In this document: positions 1-12,399 of the stretch, piece after piece
Numbering within the stretch: the first letter of the stretch is position 1
Layout of the letters: every line of letters starts with the position of its first letter
Assembly (NCBI RefSeq): GCF_006345805.1
Contig: NC_043005.1
Location: forward strand, 108,748,001-108,812,000
Direction of reading: 5' to 3'
Origin: Octopus sinensis
Lineage: Eukaryota
Length of the DNA stretch: 64,000 bases
Made by a program: the position numbers and the translations under genes
The notes under the pieces: generated by a model
Told to the model about the DNA's origin: nothing
The model's input: the letters and a program-made list of their open reading frames with translations, nothing else
Database searches by the model: none

Positions 1-429
1 GAAAAGTGAAAAGGGGAAATCAAAAATAGAGAGGGAGAGAGAGAGGGGAAGGAGGAGGAAGAGAAAGATGAGATGGTTAAAATAGAGATGAGAAATAAAG
101 AGATGAGAGAAGAAAAGGGAGAGAAGATAATAATGGTATCTCTAAAGGTGTGGGTTATATCTTAGAAAAGGAGAAAGTAGCAAAGAAGAGGAGAGGAGGG
201 TTTAGTGAGAGAAACTAACTTGTTTTGAGAAAGTGAGAGGGGGCGTGGATGTGGAGAGAAAGTAAGTTTGAAATGGAAGAGGGAGAGAAGGAGAGAGAAA
301 GAGAGAGGGAATGTGACAGAGACAAAGCCAAAAACACACACCAACAGTAAAAATGACAGATCAAAATAGAGACATGTGAAATTGCATATCAATACATTTG
401 TGTGTGTATATGTGTATGTGTTGGTGTGT

Positions 430-638
430 GTATCACACTCACACGCATGCATATATATATATATACATATACATATATATATATATATAATATATATATA
501 TATATAATATATATATATATATAAACATATATATATATATATAATATATATATATATATAAACATATATATAAACATATATATGTGTGTTTGTGAGTATT
601 ACAGACATAGATATCATATATATATATATATATGCATG

Positions 639-674
<36 letters not shown>

Positions 675-1010
675 TGTATGTACACACATGCACATGCACA
701 CACATGTATATATGTGGGGAAAGTTAGAGGAGGACGGAGATCCAGGAAGCATAGTGCATGTGGACGTGAGTAAATATATTTTGTGTATGTATGTGTATGT
801 GGGTTAGTGTGTATGCATGTGAATGCATGTATGACATGGCGTTTAAGTACAAGCATGCATGACAATGTTTGCGTATACATGAATCTGCACATATCTGCAT
901 GCATGCATGTATGTATATATATATGTATGTATGTATGCATGTATGTATATATGTATGTATGTATGTATGCATGTATGTGTGTGTGTGTATGTATGTGTGT
1001 GTATGTGAAG
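430..1010. repeat. Compound (TA)n/(TATG)n/(TG)n microsatellite field, representative of dozens in the window
   Basis: Direct reading; source of the YI/CV/HT-repeat ORFs. Confidence 0.97.
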
Positions 1011-1463
1011 GTATTACATAACAAAGCTTTTCAATGATTTTATGCATCAGTGCACACTAGTTTGTTTGATGATGATGATAATGATGACGGTTGCAAAGCG
1101 GTGATGGTGGTGGTGGTGGTGGTGGTGATAGGGTCGAGATAGGGAAGAAGATGGGGTAGGAGGTGATGTTCAGCAGGGATCACAGTGGTAGTAGAGAATG
1201 GTAATGTCGCAATAACAGTGCCGCCAAGGGGTTAATTAAACGGGTAAGATGGCTGTAAATCAGCGATAGAACAATCATCAATCAGTGGTAGTATTGCGGT
1301 AAATTAACGGTGAGATCTTAACGAGCATTTCTTTATGAATAATGCATTTTGGTATTGATTAACAGGCTTTTATTGGTTGATATGTATGGTCAATGTGAAT
1401 GGCTGAACAAGCACGAGATATTGAAGGGGTCTTGTCGATGATGTCTGCCAATTCACAGATCAA

Positions 1464-1538
<75 letters not shown>

Positions 1539-1609
1539 GTTTGTGTGTGTGTGTGTTTATATGTTTGAATGTATATTCATATAGAGACATGTGTATGGGT
1601 GTGTGTGCG

Positions 1610-1641
<32 letters not shown>

Positions 1642-1707
1642 TACATATATATACATACATATATACACACATATATATACATACATATATACATATATAA
1701 CCTTATA

Positions 1708-1738
<31 letters not shown>

Positions 1739-2195
1739 CATATATAACCTTATATATATATATGCATACACATATAACCTCATATATATATATGTATGTA
1801 TGCATGATGCATGTATATAGCTATATGTATACACACATATGGTCATATTTGAGCATATGTATATAATATCTCTGTCTTTCCTAGATGGAAATGAATATCT
1901 GGGAAGACAGAGTATAAATGAATAAATTAGCACCACTATTACCACCACCACATTCTCCTCATTACATTACTGGTACACAAAGAGGTGAACTGGCAGAATT
2001 ACTACAGCCCCTGGGAAAAATTCTTAGTGACATTCCTTCTGACTTTATGTATTGGGTTCAAATACTGTCAGGGTTGACTTTGCCTCTCAGTCCTTCCAGT
2101 TGAACTCTGGAGTCAATGTAATCAATTTAACCACTCCCATGAAATTACTGGCCTTGCGTCAAAATTTGAAATCATCATCATCATCGTCATTATTA

Positions 2196-2756
2196 TTGAG
2201 CAAGAGAGCAGTGCATGCCATCAAAGTGACACTGGGGTAAAATATATGAAGCCTAGTATACCCATGCTCACTACCCGTTAGATAAGGGTACACTAGGCAC
2301 AGGCATCACAATCATATGTGCACGATATCGTGATCTCATATCAAGATAAATAGCACATGACCTTGCAAGTGGGGCCCCAGTTAGAATTTTCTTCTGGTTG
2401 AGTAGCCCATCCTGCTCAAAAGGTCTCTGAATAAGGGTTGTTTAATGATGTTGAACGAAACACTCATGTTTCCAGAGGTGAATTATTCAAACCCCAGAGA
2501 AAATCCTCTCAACACATGGCTATGATGCTCCCCCACTACTTCTGCTTGTGATCAGAGATGCACATATCGTCAGCCACTAAGGGACATGCTCAACTGGTTA
2601 AGGTCAAACAACTGACAAGCAAATCTGTGGTATTGAGCAGAATATTTGCTGTAGCCCATCTTTTCATACCAAGACAAAACAATGTAAATGATAACACTTC
2701 CAATCAGTTAAGATCAGAAGCCACGAGAGCCACTGCCTGGTACTGCATCAGGGCAT
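2196..2756 (-). mobile_element. ~560-bp non-coding retroposon ('family D'), full copy flanked by (TAA)n-type repeats
   Basis: High similarity to 57641-58186, 9060-9252 and 41775-41870; minus-strand 3' end ...ctcaataataat. Confidence 0.8.
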
Positions 2757-2879
2757 ATTATCATTATTATTGCTGTTGTTGTTGTTGTTGTTGTTGTTGT
2801 CATCATCATTATCATTATTATTATTACTATTATCATTATTCTTTTTACTCTGGTGCATGTTAATTTAGTTAGCAGGTAT

Positions 2880-3415
2880 TTTATTTCGATGTTTGATGAA
2901 AACAAGTTTCCTCAAATCTTGAGAACTTATCTTAGGATCCTTGCAGAATATAGGATGGTACTTTTCTGCGGGTCATTAATACAAATTTCAATTCCAGTCT
3001 CTTTCAGTCTTTTAGGTAGCATTTTGGGCGTTGAGTCAAGTGCACTAATTACTACAGGAACAGTTGTCATTTTAGTCTCCCGCAGTCTCCTCAGCTTTCT
3101 AAGATATTTCTCAGATTCCTCACTTTCTTTGGTATTGACTCTGCTATCATATGAAATTGGAAAAATCTATGATCTTGTACTGTTTGTTTATTTTGTCCTA
3201 TCATGTGAAATTGGAAAAATCTATGATCTTGCACTGTTTGTTTGTTTTGAAGCAAAAAGACCAGATAATCATATCTGGTCTTCTTGCTTTCACAGTACAG
3301 TCAGTCTTTATAGAGAAATCCCACAAGAGCTTGTAACTCATTTTCTATCACAGCCTCTAATTCCTGATCGTACCATTTTCCTATTTTTTTTCAAGCTAAC
3401 ATCCCAATGCACTCT
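2880..3415 (-). mobile_element. Dong/R4-clade LINE 3' relic (restriction-like endonuclease region)
   Basis: Minus-strand frameshifted translation KWYDQELEAVIENE..KLLWDFSIKTDCTVKARRPDMII matches the R4/Dong WDF..TD....RRPD motif; followed by a triplet-repeat tail. Confidence 0.7.
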
Positions 3416-3943
3416 TTTACCTATACAGTCATGTTTGTGCCTCATCATCACCATCATCGTCATTATCATCATCATCATTATTAATATATAAGTTTGAATC
3501 CACTCTGCTTAACTCATTAATGCAAAAGTTTAATTAGTATTCTACAATTAATAACAATGAATTACAACCATACATATTTTGCATTGCTGAATATTTTTAT
3601 TCCTGGGATTGGATGGTATGTATTGATTTGATTAACTTTACATTGCATGATTCCTGGGTAGAACTAGTATGTACCAGTCATTTACAAAGGTCAGTTCATC
3701 AATTCTAACCTCTCCAAGATTGATGTTATGTACTAATAACGTTATAATAGCTTCCATAAAGTTAACCAATTCCTGACACTATATCAATTACTCATTTAAC
3801 AGATTTACATGTATGTATGTCAATATTCAATTTTATTTTAATAGTTCTTGCCAATAGAGAAGAATCGGTTTCTAACCCAGATACAGGGTTCCTTCATTGG
3901 AATTTCAATAAAATCAACAGAGTATTTTTGTATGCATGTATGT

Positions 3944-4372
3944 CATGACTCACCAAATTACGGCCCGCAGGCCAGATCCAGCCCATGATGTCAATGTGTC
4001 CGGCTTGCTGACTTTTGCTGAAAAAAATAAACATGGTTTTATACTGCTTCTTACACTTCTTAGATTATGTATGTCGTATGTATACTGAGTCAGTCACTTC
4101 ACACGCTATGTATTTCACGCACCATAATAATTACTACAGTGCATCACGTGTGCCTCAGGTTAGTGAGTGATTAGTGATTACAATTGAAATGAGAATATCT
4201 GACAACGAGGCCTAAGACTGTTTTTGTTTTTTCTTCACCCATCGTTATGACTACTAAGAAGAGAAAGGTTGATGATGAATGTCACATTTTCAATAAAGAA
4301 TGTGGGAGAAAAGTACTTCTTTGTGGAAACAAACGACCAGAAAACTAGTTGCCTGATATGCAACAACAAGCT
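3944..4372 (+). mobile_element. hAT (Charlie/SPIN-like) transposon 5' end with transposase N-terminus
   Basis: TIR-like catgactcaccaaattacggcccgcaggccagatcc; from 4247 MTTKKRKVDDECHIFNKE / EKYFFVETNDQKTSCLICNNK (frameshifted). Confidence 0.8.
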
Positions 4373-4785
4373 TACAGAGGCAATGACAAAAGACTGAGAC
4401 CTCTGGGGGTATGCTGTAACTGAGAAGACCCGACAAATAAAGTCAATCCACAGCTGTAACGTTCACCAGTGTCACATAACCAGTCCACCTGGATTGTAGG
4501 TGACGTGCCATGCTTGAGGAGACCTATTGTGTCAAGTAAATCAACATCAGCAATATCAAAATCAAACCAATTGAAAGTTGTAGTTGTGAGCTCCATGCTG
4601 GTAGCACGCAAAAAGCAGCCACTAAACTCTAGGAGTGGTTGGTGTTAGGAAGGGCATCCAGCTGTAGACACACTGCCAGATCAGATTGGGGCCTGGGGCA
4701 GCCTCCTGGCTTCCCAGACCCCAGTCGAACAATCCAACCCATGACAGCATGGAAAACGGACGTTAAACAATGAAGAGGATGATAT
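4373..4785 (+). mobile_element. RTE-type LINE 3' end ('family C': ORF2 tip plus 3' UTR)
   Basis: LTEAMTKD*DLWGYAVTEKTRQ, then ttaggaagggcatccagctgtag...ggacgttaaac and a degraded (GAT)n tail. Confidence 0.75.
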
Positions 4786-5041
4786 ATATATATATATTAT
4801 ATATTATATAATATATATATATATATATGGAAAAAAGAGTCAAGATGGAAAATGCTAAAATAATTTTATAAAAAACATTTCAGTACCGGTTTCAGTCATT
4901 GAGACTTTTTCAACTGAATGTATGGAAAACAATTAAATTTGGGAAAAATTAAAAGAATTTTTAAGAAGAATATTTCCATAGTGTTGAAATACAAGTGGCA
5001 TTTTCCTTGTTTCTTCCTGTCTCTGTCTCTCTGTGGGTTTG

Positions 5042-5101
<60 letters not shown>

Positions 5102-5369
5102 AACAATTTAATTTGGTTCCACATGGCTCAGAGTTTCAGGTGTTTGATGATAAGCCTACAAATCTTTAAGCTGCATGGAACCAAATCAAACTCTTATTAA
5201 ATAATATAGGTAACTCCTACCAAATGTGTCGAGTGCCACATTCTTTCACTTGTCCACTCATATATATGTATATACATATACATGTGTGCGTGTGTGTGCG
5301 TGTGTGCATGCATGTATATATATATATATTTATATATATATGTGTGTATTATGTATGTATATATACATA

Positions 5370-5418
<49 letters not shown>

Positions 5419-5485
5419 ATATATATGTTTATATGTGTATGATATATATGTATATATATATGTGTATATATATATATATATATAT

Positions 5486-6746
5486 AGGAGATAAATAAAA
5501 ATATATGCATACATACAAACATATATGTACGTACCTACATCTACATGTATATATACATGCATATATAAAATTATACGGAAGTACAGGACATCACAATAAG
5601 ACGTAGAAACAAAAAGCCAAAAAACAAAAACAAGAAAACGGAAAACGAAAACCAAATACAGGACAGGTTGCACAAGGACAAAACCCCCGTCATCAGCTGT
5701 CGCTAGAGGAGTCAGGCATGTTTCGAAGGCATAACAGAACACTAATCCAATAGGCCTTCCTGCGAGAGAATTAAAATAAAATTTCAAGCAGCGGGGCACA
5801 ATGAGTACGAACACAAACAAGACGTAACAATAAGACTGCAAAATTAAAATACAAGTACAAAAACAAACACAAGAGGACGAACGAAAAAGCTTTTTTCTGG
5901 CATAGACAAACAATAAAACTGCAAAAATAAAAATACATGTACAAAAAGTACAATTAGTTACAAAACGAGAAAATAACAAGAATACTATACAGAAATTAAC
6001 CACACAAGGGGACGAACGAAGAAGCCTTTTTGCTGGCAAGGACGAAAGTGTAGTAGCAGCGCGTGGAGGCAGTCTTTTCAATAGTGGTGACCACGTGTAA
6101 AGGAATTTTGTTTTATAGGCAAGGAAGAGGGAAGGAGGAGGGGGACACGCGGCGAAGAGAGAGGAGGAGGGGAGGGAGAAAGATTGAAGAAGTTAAAAAG
6201 CAAAAGGGAGAGAGTACCGCATCTTCAATATAATAATATTAATATAAAAAAAGGGGACCAAGAAGTGGATCGAAACGACGAATCGGAACGAACCTGATGC
6301 GGGGCGCTGTCAGACATAAGGAGATAAATAAAAAATATGCATACATACAAACATATATGTACGTACCTACATCTACATGTATATATACATGCATATATAA
6401 ATAATTATACGGAAGTACAGGACATCACAATAAGACGTAGAAACAGAAAAAGCCAAAAAACAAAAACAAGAAAACGGAAAACGAAAACCAAATACAGGAC
6501 AGGTTGCACAAGGACAAAACCCCCGTCATCAGCTGTCGCTAGAGGAGTCAGGCATGTTTCGAAGGCATAACAGAACACTAATCCAATAGGCCTTCCTGCG
6601 AGAGAATTAAAATAAATTTCAAGCAGCGGGCACAATGAGTACGAACACAAACAAGACGTAACAATAAGACTGCAAAATTAAAATACAAGTACAAAAACAA
6701 ACACAAGAGGACGAACGAAAAAGCCTTTTTTCTGGCATAGACAAAC
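5486..6746 (-). mobile_element. Element with two near-identical ~425-bp direct repeats (5486-5911, 6319-6746) around a ~400-bp core; pLTR/LTR-like
   Basis: The two copies differ only by small indels; they contain CTGATGA and CCTTCGAAAC motifs on the minus strand. Confidence 0.65.
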
Positions 6747-6794
6747 ACACATATACATACATACACACACACACAAACACACACATACACACAT

Positions 6795-6845
<51 letters not shown>

Positions 6846-7201
6846 CATACATATATAATGTTAATATATCTCATGCAGACATAATTTGGTAAAAATTGAT
6901 TTTCAGGAAAAATTTTATGGCCAGATGTCCTCTCTGTCAATTTCATCTGTTTTTCAAATAAAGAATTTCTTTATTCCACACCTTTTCAAAGCCTCAGAGC
7001 AACTGGTCATAATGTCAGCAAGGAACGTTAGAAAAGAATCTGAAAATTAGCAGAACTTCATTCATGCAGTGACAAGTGTGGAATATAACTATTCAAATAC
7101 GCTTACACACATATACATACATATTCACCTTCACACACACACATACACACACACTCAGTTACACACACTCAATTACACACATTTATAAATAAATGTGTAT
7201 A

Positions 7202-8118
7202 TAAGGTCTGGTCAATAAGTATCCGCACTGTTGCTATAGTAACAAAGCTAAAGTATGCAGAGTAAAGCTGCTTAGCAAAGATTGACTTTTAACTCTACTG
7301 TGCATGCACACTAAGTCTTAATGTTCTAGCTCACTTCTGTGGTTAACAGCAGTGCTTGGAAGGAAGGTGTGTAGTGTGTGCTTGTCACATTGACCATGAC
7401 AAAGAAAGTTGTCATGGCGATACATACTCAGAGGCCTACGCAAGGTTGCAGAAAGTGTATGGAGAGGAGTGTATGAGCCACACACACACATGTGTACAAG
7501 TGGGTCAGACGTTTCCAAGATGGCTGAAAAAGTCGTTATTGACAAACTTTCTGGGAGACACACAACCAGCAGAAATGAGAAAAACAGCGTGGATGTGAGT
7601 GCAGCTGTGAGGGGACATTGTCAAATCCCCATCCGTGAATTATCAGTGGATGTGCAGATAAGTTGCAGCTCAGTTCAGTCCAATATCACTGAAGATTTAG
7701 GTATGAGATGTGTATCTGCCAAGTTTGAGCCAAAACTGCTTTCATCGGGTTTCAGTTGCACAAAATCTCCTTGATTGTGTCAAGAATGATGAAAACCTTT
7801 TGAAAACTTTACATAAACCTCGCAGGTATCACTTGTTCTCTTGTGTGTGGATCATACACTTCTCTCGATACACTTTCTTCAACCTTGCGTAGGCCTCTGA
7901 GCAGGTATTGCCCTATCAGCTTTCTCTAATGCGGCAATCACATGCTAAACTCCTTCCTTCCAAGCACTGCTGTAAACAGCAGAAGTGAGTTAGAATGTTA
8001 AAACTTAGTGCGCATGGACATCAGAGTTTAAGATCAATCTGTGCCCAGCAGCTTCACTCTGTGTACTTTAGCTTCGTTACTATGGCAACAGTTTGGATGC
8101 TTATTGACCAAACTACAC
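7202..8118 (+). mobile_element. Mariner-family deletion derivative with ~300-bp inverted arms and transposase N-terminal relic
   Basis: TIR aaggtctggtcaataagtatccg / ggatgcttattgacc; frameshifted EAYARLQKVYGEECMS...SGRHTTSRNEK...IRELSVDVQIS...ITEDLGMRCVSAKFEPKLL...VAQNLLDCVKNDENLL. Confidence 0.9.
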
Positions 8119-8149
8119 ATGTATATATTTTTATGTATATGTGTATGTG

Positions 8150-8450
8150 TGAGCAAGGTCGTTGCCTGTACCGCTTCACTGGCACCTGTGCCAGTGGCAT
8201 GTGTAAAAGATTCGAGCATGGTCGTTGCCAGTACCACCTGAATGGCTCCGTGCCGGTGGCATGTAAAAGTACCCACTACACTCTTAGAGTGGTTGGCGTT
8301 AGGAAGGGCATCCAGCTGTAGAAACTCTGCCAGATCAAGATTGGAGCCTGGTGCAGCCTTCTGCTTCACCAGCCCTCAGTCAAATCACCCAACCCATGCT
8401 AGCATGGAAAGCGGATGTTAAACGATGATGATGATGATGATGATGATGAT
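8150..8450 (+). mobile_element. Family C (RTE 3' UTR) copy
   Basis: ggcgttaggaagggcatccagctgtagaaac...catgctagcatggaaagcggatgttaaac(gat)n. Confidence 0.9.
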
Positions 8451-8807
8451 ATATATACACGAATGTATGTATATGTAAATATATATGCATGTATGTTAAT
8501 ATATTTATGTGTGTGTGTGTATTTTTCCTGAGTTATGACTTAACTTCATCTGGTATTGTGACCCTGGTTCAGGAGTCCCAGAGCTTTGAGAAGTCTGGAA
8601 CCTTTTCTTAGCCCCTATTGTTCCAACCTCTACCCTGCCCCAAAATGGAAGCACTAGTTAGGGTCCCAACTATGGGTAAATAAGCATGTGAACCACTGGG
8701 AGTAAAGAAACTCTAGTTTTTTGTTATAACTTCCTTCTAGGAGAAGATAAACGTTTATAAAAAAAAACTTAAGTGTAATTGGTTCCTGGTCATCACAACC
8801 TCTGTAG

Positions 8808-9055
8808 GGGTGTGTGGCTCAGTGGCTAGTGTGTAGAACTCATGATTGTAAGATTGTGGTTTCGATTCTTGGTTTGGGTGATGCATTGTGTTCTTGATGA
8901 AAACACTTCATTTCATGTTATTTCAATCCACTCAGCTAACAAAAATGAGTGATCCTGTGACTGACTGGCGTCCCGTCCAGGAGGGAATATATTCACCAAG
9001 AAACTGGGAAACCAGCCCTTACGAGTTGGCATGACTCAAAAAGTTAACTATACTT
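8808..9055 (+). mobile_element. tRNA-derived SINE ('family E')
   Basis: A-box-like gtggctcagtggctag, B-box-like ggtttcgattc, central gactggcgtcccgtccagg motif. Confidence 0.7.
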
Positions 9056-9059
9056 ACAT

Positions 9060-9252
9060 CTCAATCTCTGCTTATGATCTGAGATACACATATTGTCAGC
9101 CAGCAAAGGACATGCTCAACTGATTAAGGTCATGCAATTGACAAGCAAATATGTGGTATTGAGCAGAATAGCCCATCTTTTATACCAAGACAAAACATGT
9201 ACATGATAACACTTCCAATCAGTTAAGATCAAAAGTCATGAGAGCCACTGCT
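9060..9252 (-). mobile_element. Family D partial copy (5' part)
   Basis: Matches 2555-2740; abuts (ATT)n. Confidence 0.8.
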
Positions 9253-9275
9253 TATTATTATTATTTTTATTATTA

Positions 9276-9330
<55 letters not shown>

Positions 9331-9429
9331 CATTATTCTTATCATTGTTATTATTGTTGTTGTTATTATTATTATTATTATATAATATATTATTATTATT
9401 ATTAGATGTTACTTTAGTAAGTAGAAATT

Positions 9430-9800
9430 CTCTCTTTAGATTTGATTACAATTCTCCTCAAATCTCAGGAATTTTTCTTAGGATTCTTAGGAATTTTTTC
9501 ATAATATCTTTATCTCTGGCTCAGCCTTGATATTTTTCAATTTTCTCAGTTCCTTAGGAATCTACTCTATTATCTTGTGGTGTAAGAAAATCTATGATCT
9601 TACAATGTTTTGTGTTTTTTCCCCTCTAGTCATATCTGGTTTCCTAGCTTCAATAGTATGGCCAATTATTGTGGGAAAATCTCATAAAATCCTATAATTA
9701 TTACTGATCATAGCAGTCTCTTGCTCATATTCATACCACCTCTCTGTCACTTTGAGCCACACTCATGGCTAACATCCCAATGCTGTCTTTTACAAACTTA
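9430..9800 (-). mobile_element. Dong/R4 LINE RLE relic
   Basis: Minus strand WYEYEQETAMISNNYRIL*DFPTIIGHTIEARKPD...EKIEKYQ; similar to 2880-3415. Confidence 0.7.
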
Positions 9801-10019
9801 CTCCCTTTGTTTAGCTTAGTGCATTGACATAAGAGATTGTTAATACTTTCATCTTCTTTCCCACAGATTCTGCAATTGCTCTACAACTGAGTTTTATCAA
9901 TCCCTGTCTTTATCAAGTTCTTTTAAATGGCCCATTCCACAGCATTGCTGTTGTTATTGTTAAAACAATGGATTGGCAGAATAATTAGAGGTTTCAGCCA
10001 AATGGCTTGCAGTATTTCT

Positions 10020-10500
10020 TCATCATCATCATCATCATCATCATTTAACGTCCGCTTTCCATGCTAGCATGGGTTGGACGATTTGACTGAGTGCTGGCGA
10101 ACCAGACTCCAATCTGATCTGGCAGAGTTTCTACAGCTGGATGCCCTTCCTAACGCCAACCGCTACGAGAGTGTAGTGGGTGTTTTTACATGCCAGTTTG
10201 GTGGTACTGGCAATGGCCATGCCCAAATGGTGCTTTTTACATGCAACCGGCACAGGAGCCAGTCCAGTGGCACTGGCGATGACACTGCTCGAATGTTTCA
10301 TGTGCCACCAGCACAAGCGCTGGTAAGGCGATGTGGTGACGATCACGCTTGAATGGTGTGCTTAACGTGCCGTCGGCACAAAGGCCAGCTTCTTGCTCTA
10401 GCAACAATCTCACTCGTATAGTACTCTTAGCACTCCACTAGCAATGGATGCCAGTGACCGAGTTTGATTTTGACTTCGATTTCACTTGCCACATGGATGT
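10020..10500 (-). mobile_element. Family C copy
   Basis: (CAT)n tttaacgtccgctttccatgctagcatgggttgg... Confidence 0.9.
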
Positions 10501-11109
10501 TTATGTTAAGTGTTCAAATCCTACTGAGATTAACTTTGCCTTTCCTCCAGTATAATAAAGTACCACTCAGTAATGTGATCGTTGCATTAAATAAATCCCT
10601 CCTTCCAAAACCGTTAATCTTGTACCTAAAATAGAAACAGTTCTCATTTGGTCAGTGGGTTGGCAAAATCATTAGGGTATTAGAAAAAAGTCTTTGGTTT
10701 ATTTTTCCTGCACTTTATATCTGGGTTCAAATATCATCTAGGTCAAATTTGCCTTTCATTCCTCCAGGGCCAACAATAAAATAATGGTCAAGTACTGGAT
10801 TGGACATAATCGATGAACACTCAATTACTACAACCACCACCACCATTACCATCCTCTTTTTCATCTTCACCACCATCACCATCATCACCACTATTATTAC
10901 AATCACCATCATCATCATCATTTGTGACGTTATGTATTTCTCTGTTTCATAGACCTTTAGTTCTATATCACTGGAGCTAGAGGTTATGCAAATAAATTGG
11001 ATAAAATAAAAGAAACAAAAAAATGTGAGAAGATATAAATATCGTACAGACTACAAACATACAGTATAAGAATTTAATATATATGTATCATTCTGTGATT
11101 CCTGTTTAG

Positions 11110-11184
11110 AAATTCATTGAATTTGTGCAATATGATTTGGAAATATTACTTAATTCTTCTTTGACATCAAAATTTTATATGTTG
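11110..11184 (+). CDS. Candidate 75-nt internal exon (KFIEFVQYDLEILLNSSLTSKFYML), product unknown
   Basis: Acceptor tttcctgtttag, open phase-0 frame, donor TTG|gtatat in non-repetitive DNA; no homology recognised. Confidence 0.2.
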
Positions 11185-11437
11185 GTATATTTTTGTAAAT
11201 ATTATCCTTGTTATTCTAATTCTTCTTTTGTTATTTTTTTGTTTGTGCTTTTCTCATCTTTCTTTTTTTGTGCCATTCCATCAAATTTTTTCTGTTTGCT
11301 TTTATGCATGCACGCGCATGTGTGTATGTGTGTGATGTGTGTGTGTGTGTTTGTGTGTGCAGTATTAATCATCTTCCACAACATCTCTTTCACTTTATGT
11401 CAAAAATAGTACACAACTACAAGAGCTAATATACATT

Positions 11438-11484
<47 letters not shown>

Positions 11485-11499
11485 TATATATATACATAC

Positions 11500-11540
<41 letters not shown>

Positions 11541-11937
11541 ATATACAGATAATCATACACACACACACATACATATATGCATACATCAACGTTATCATTG
11601 CTTCATGTGGGCCTTTCATGCTGACATGAGTTAGAGGGGTTATCACAGTCAGTGTCAGTACACATTCATAAGTGCCCATCATTTAGATGGGTTGACAGGC
11701 GGCTTCTTGCATGCATTTCATTTTGGAGTGTGATTCTTATGGTAAATACCATTCCTAACACCAACCAAATACTGGGTGGTTTCTTTTTTGTCATGGTACA
11801 TTACTATGAAATTCTCATGTTCATTATAAGACTAATGATTTTCAAAACTTTTCACTTTACAGAGTGAGAATCATGAGTGAAAGAAGCATGAATAATAGGA
11901 TGAGAAATAGGATTAGCCAGTATTTTGAGATATGTAC

Positions 11938-11969
<32 letters not shown>

Positions 11970-11972
11970 GTA

Positions 11973-12003
<31 letters not shown>

Positions 12004-12292
12004 ATATATATATATATTATATATATATCAAAATGAGCAACAGGATATCAAGTAGTAATGCAGTACAGCCGTTTCAAGCAGCTCCATTTAAGTGAACAAT
12101 GCAGTCATTAATTCAATTAAATGCAGTGCTATCTTCAGCTGCACAAAATATAGAATTTTTTAACAAGTAGGACACATTAATATAATTTTTCTTACATATT
12201 TTAACAGAGCAAGGAGATGGAAGAAATTCATGTTGTCACTATTATAGCAAAGTGGCTAAGAATAGACAACAATTTCTTAGAATTGCATGGAG

Positions 12293-12323
<31 letters not shown>

Positions 12324-12336
12324 GTGAGTGTATATA

Positions 12337-12380
<44 letters not shown>

Positions 12381-12399
12381 TATATATATATATAAACAT

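Noticed and set aside
1894-1925. Good acceptor (tctctgtctttcctag) suggesting a micro-exon
   Set aside because: No convincing donor, and stops follow shortly in all frames
2690-2756. U2 snRNA-like or HDV-ribozyme-like 5' end in family D
   Set aside because: Only short scattered similarities (atcagttaagatc, cctggtactgca); I could not build the HDV P1/P3 pairings
8808-8880. tRNA genes at SINE heads
   Set aside because: A/B boxes are present but there is no full cloverleaf; they continue into SINE bodies
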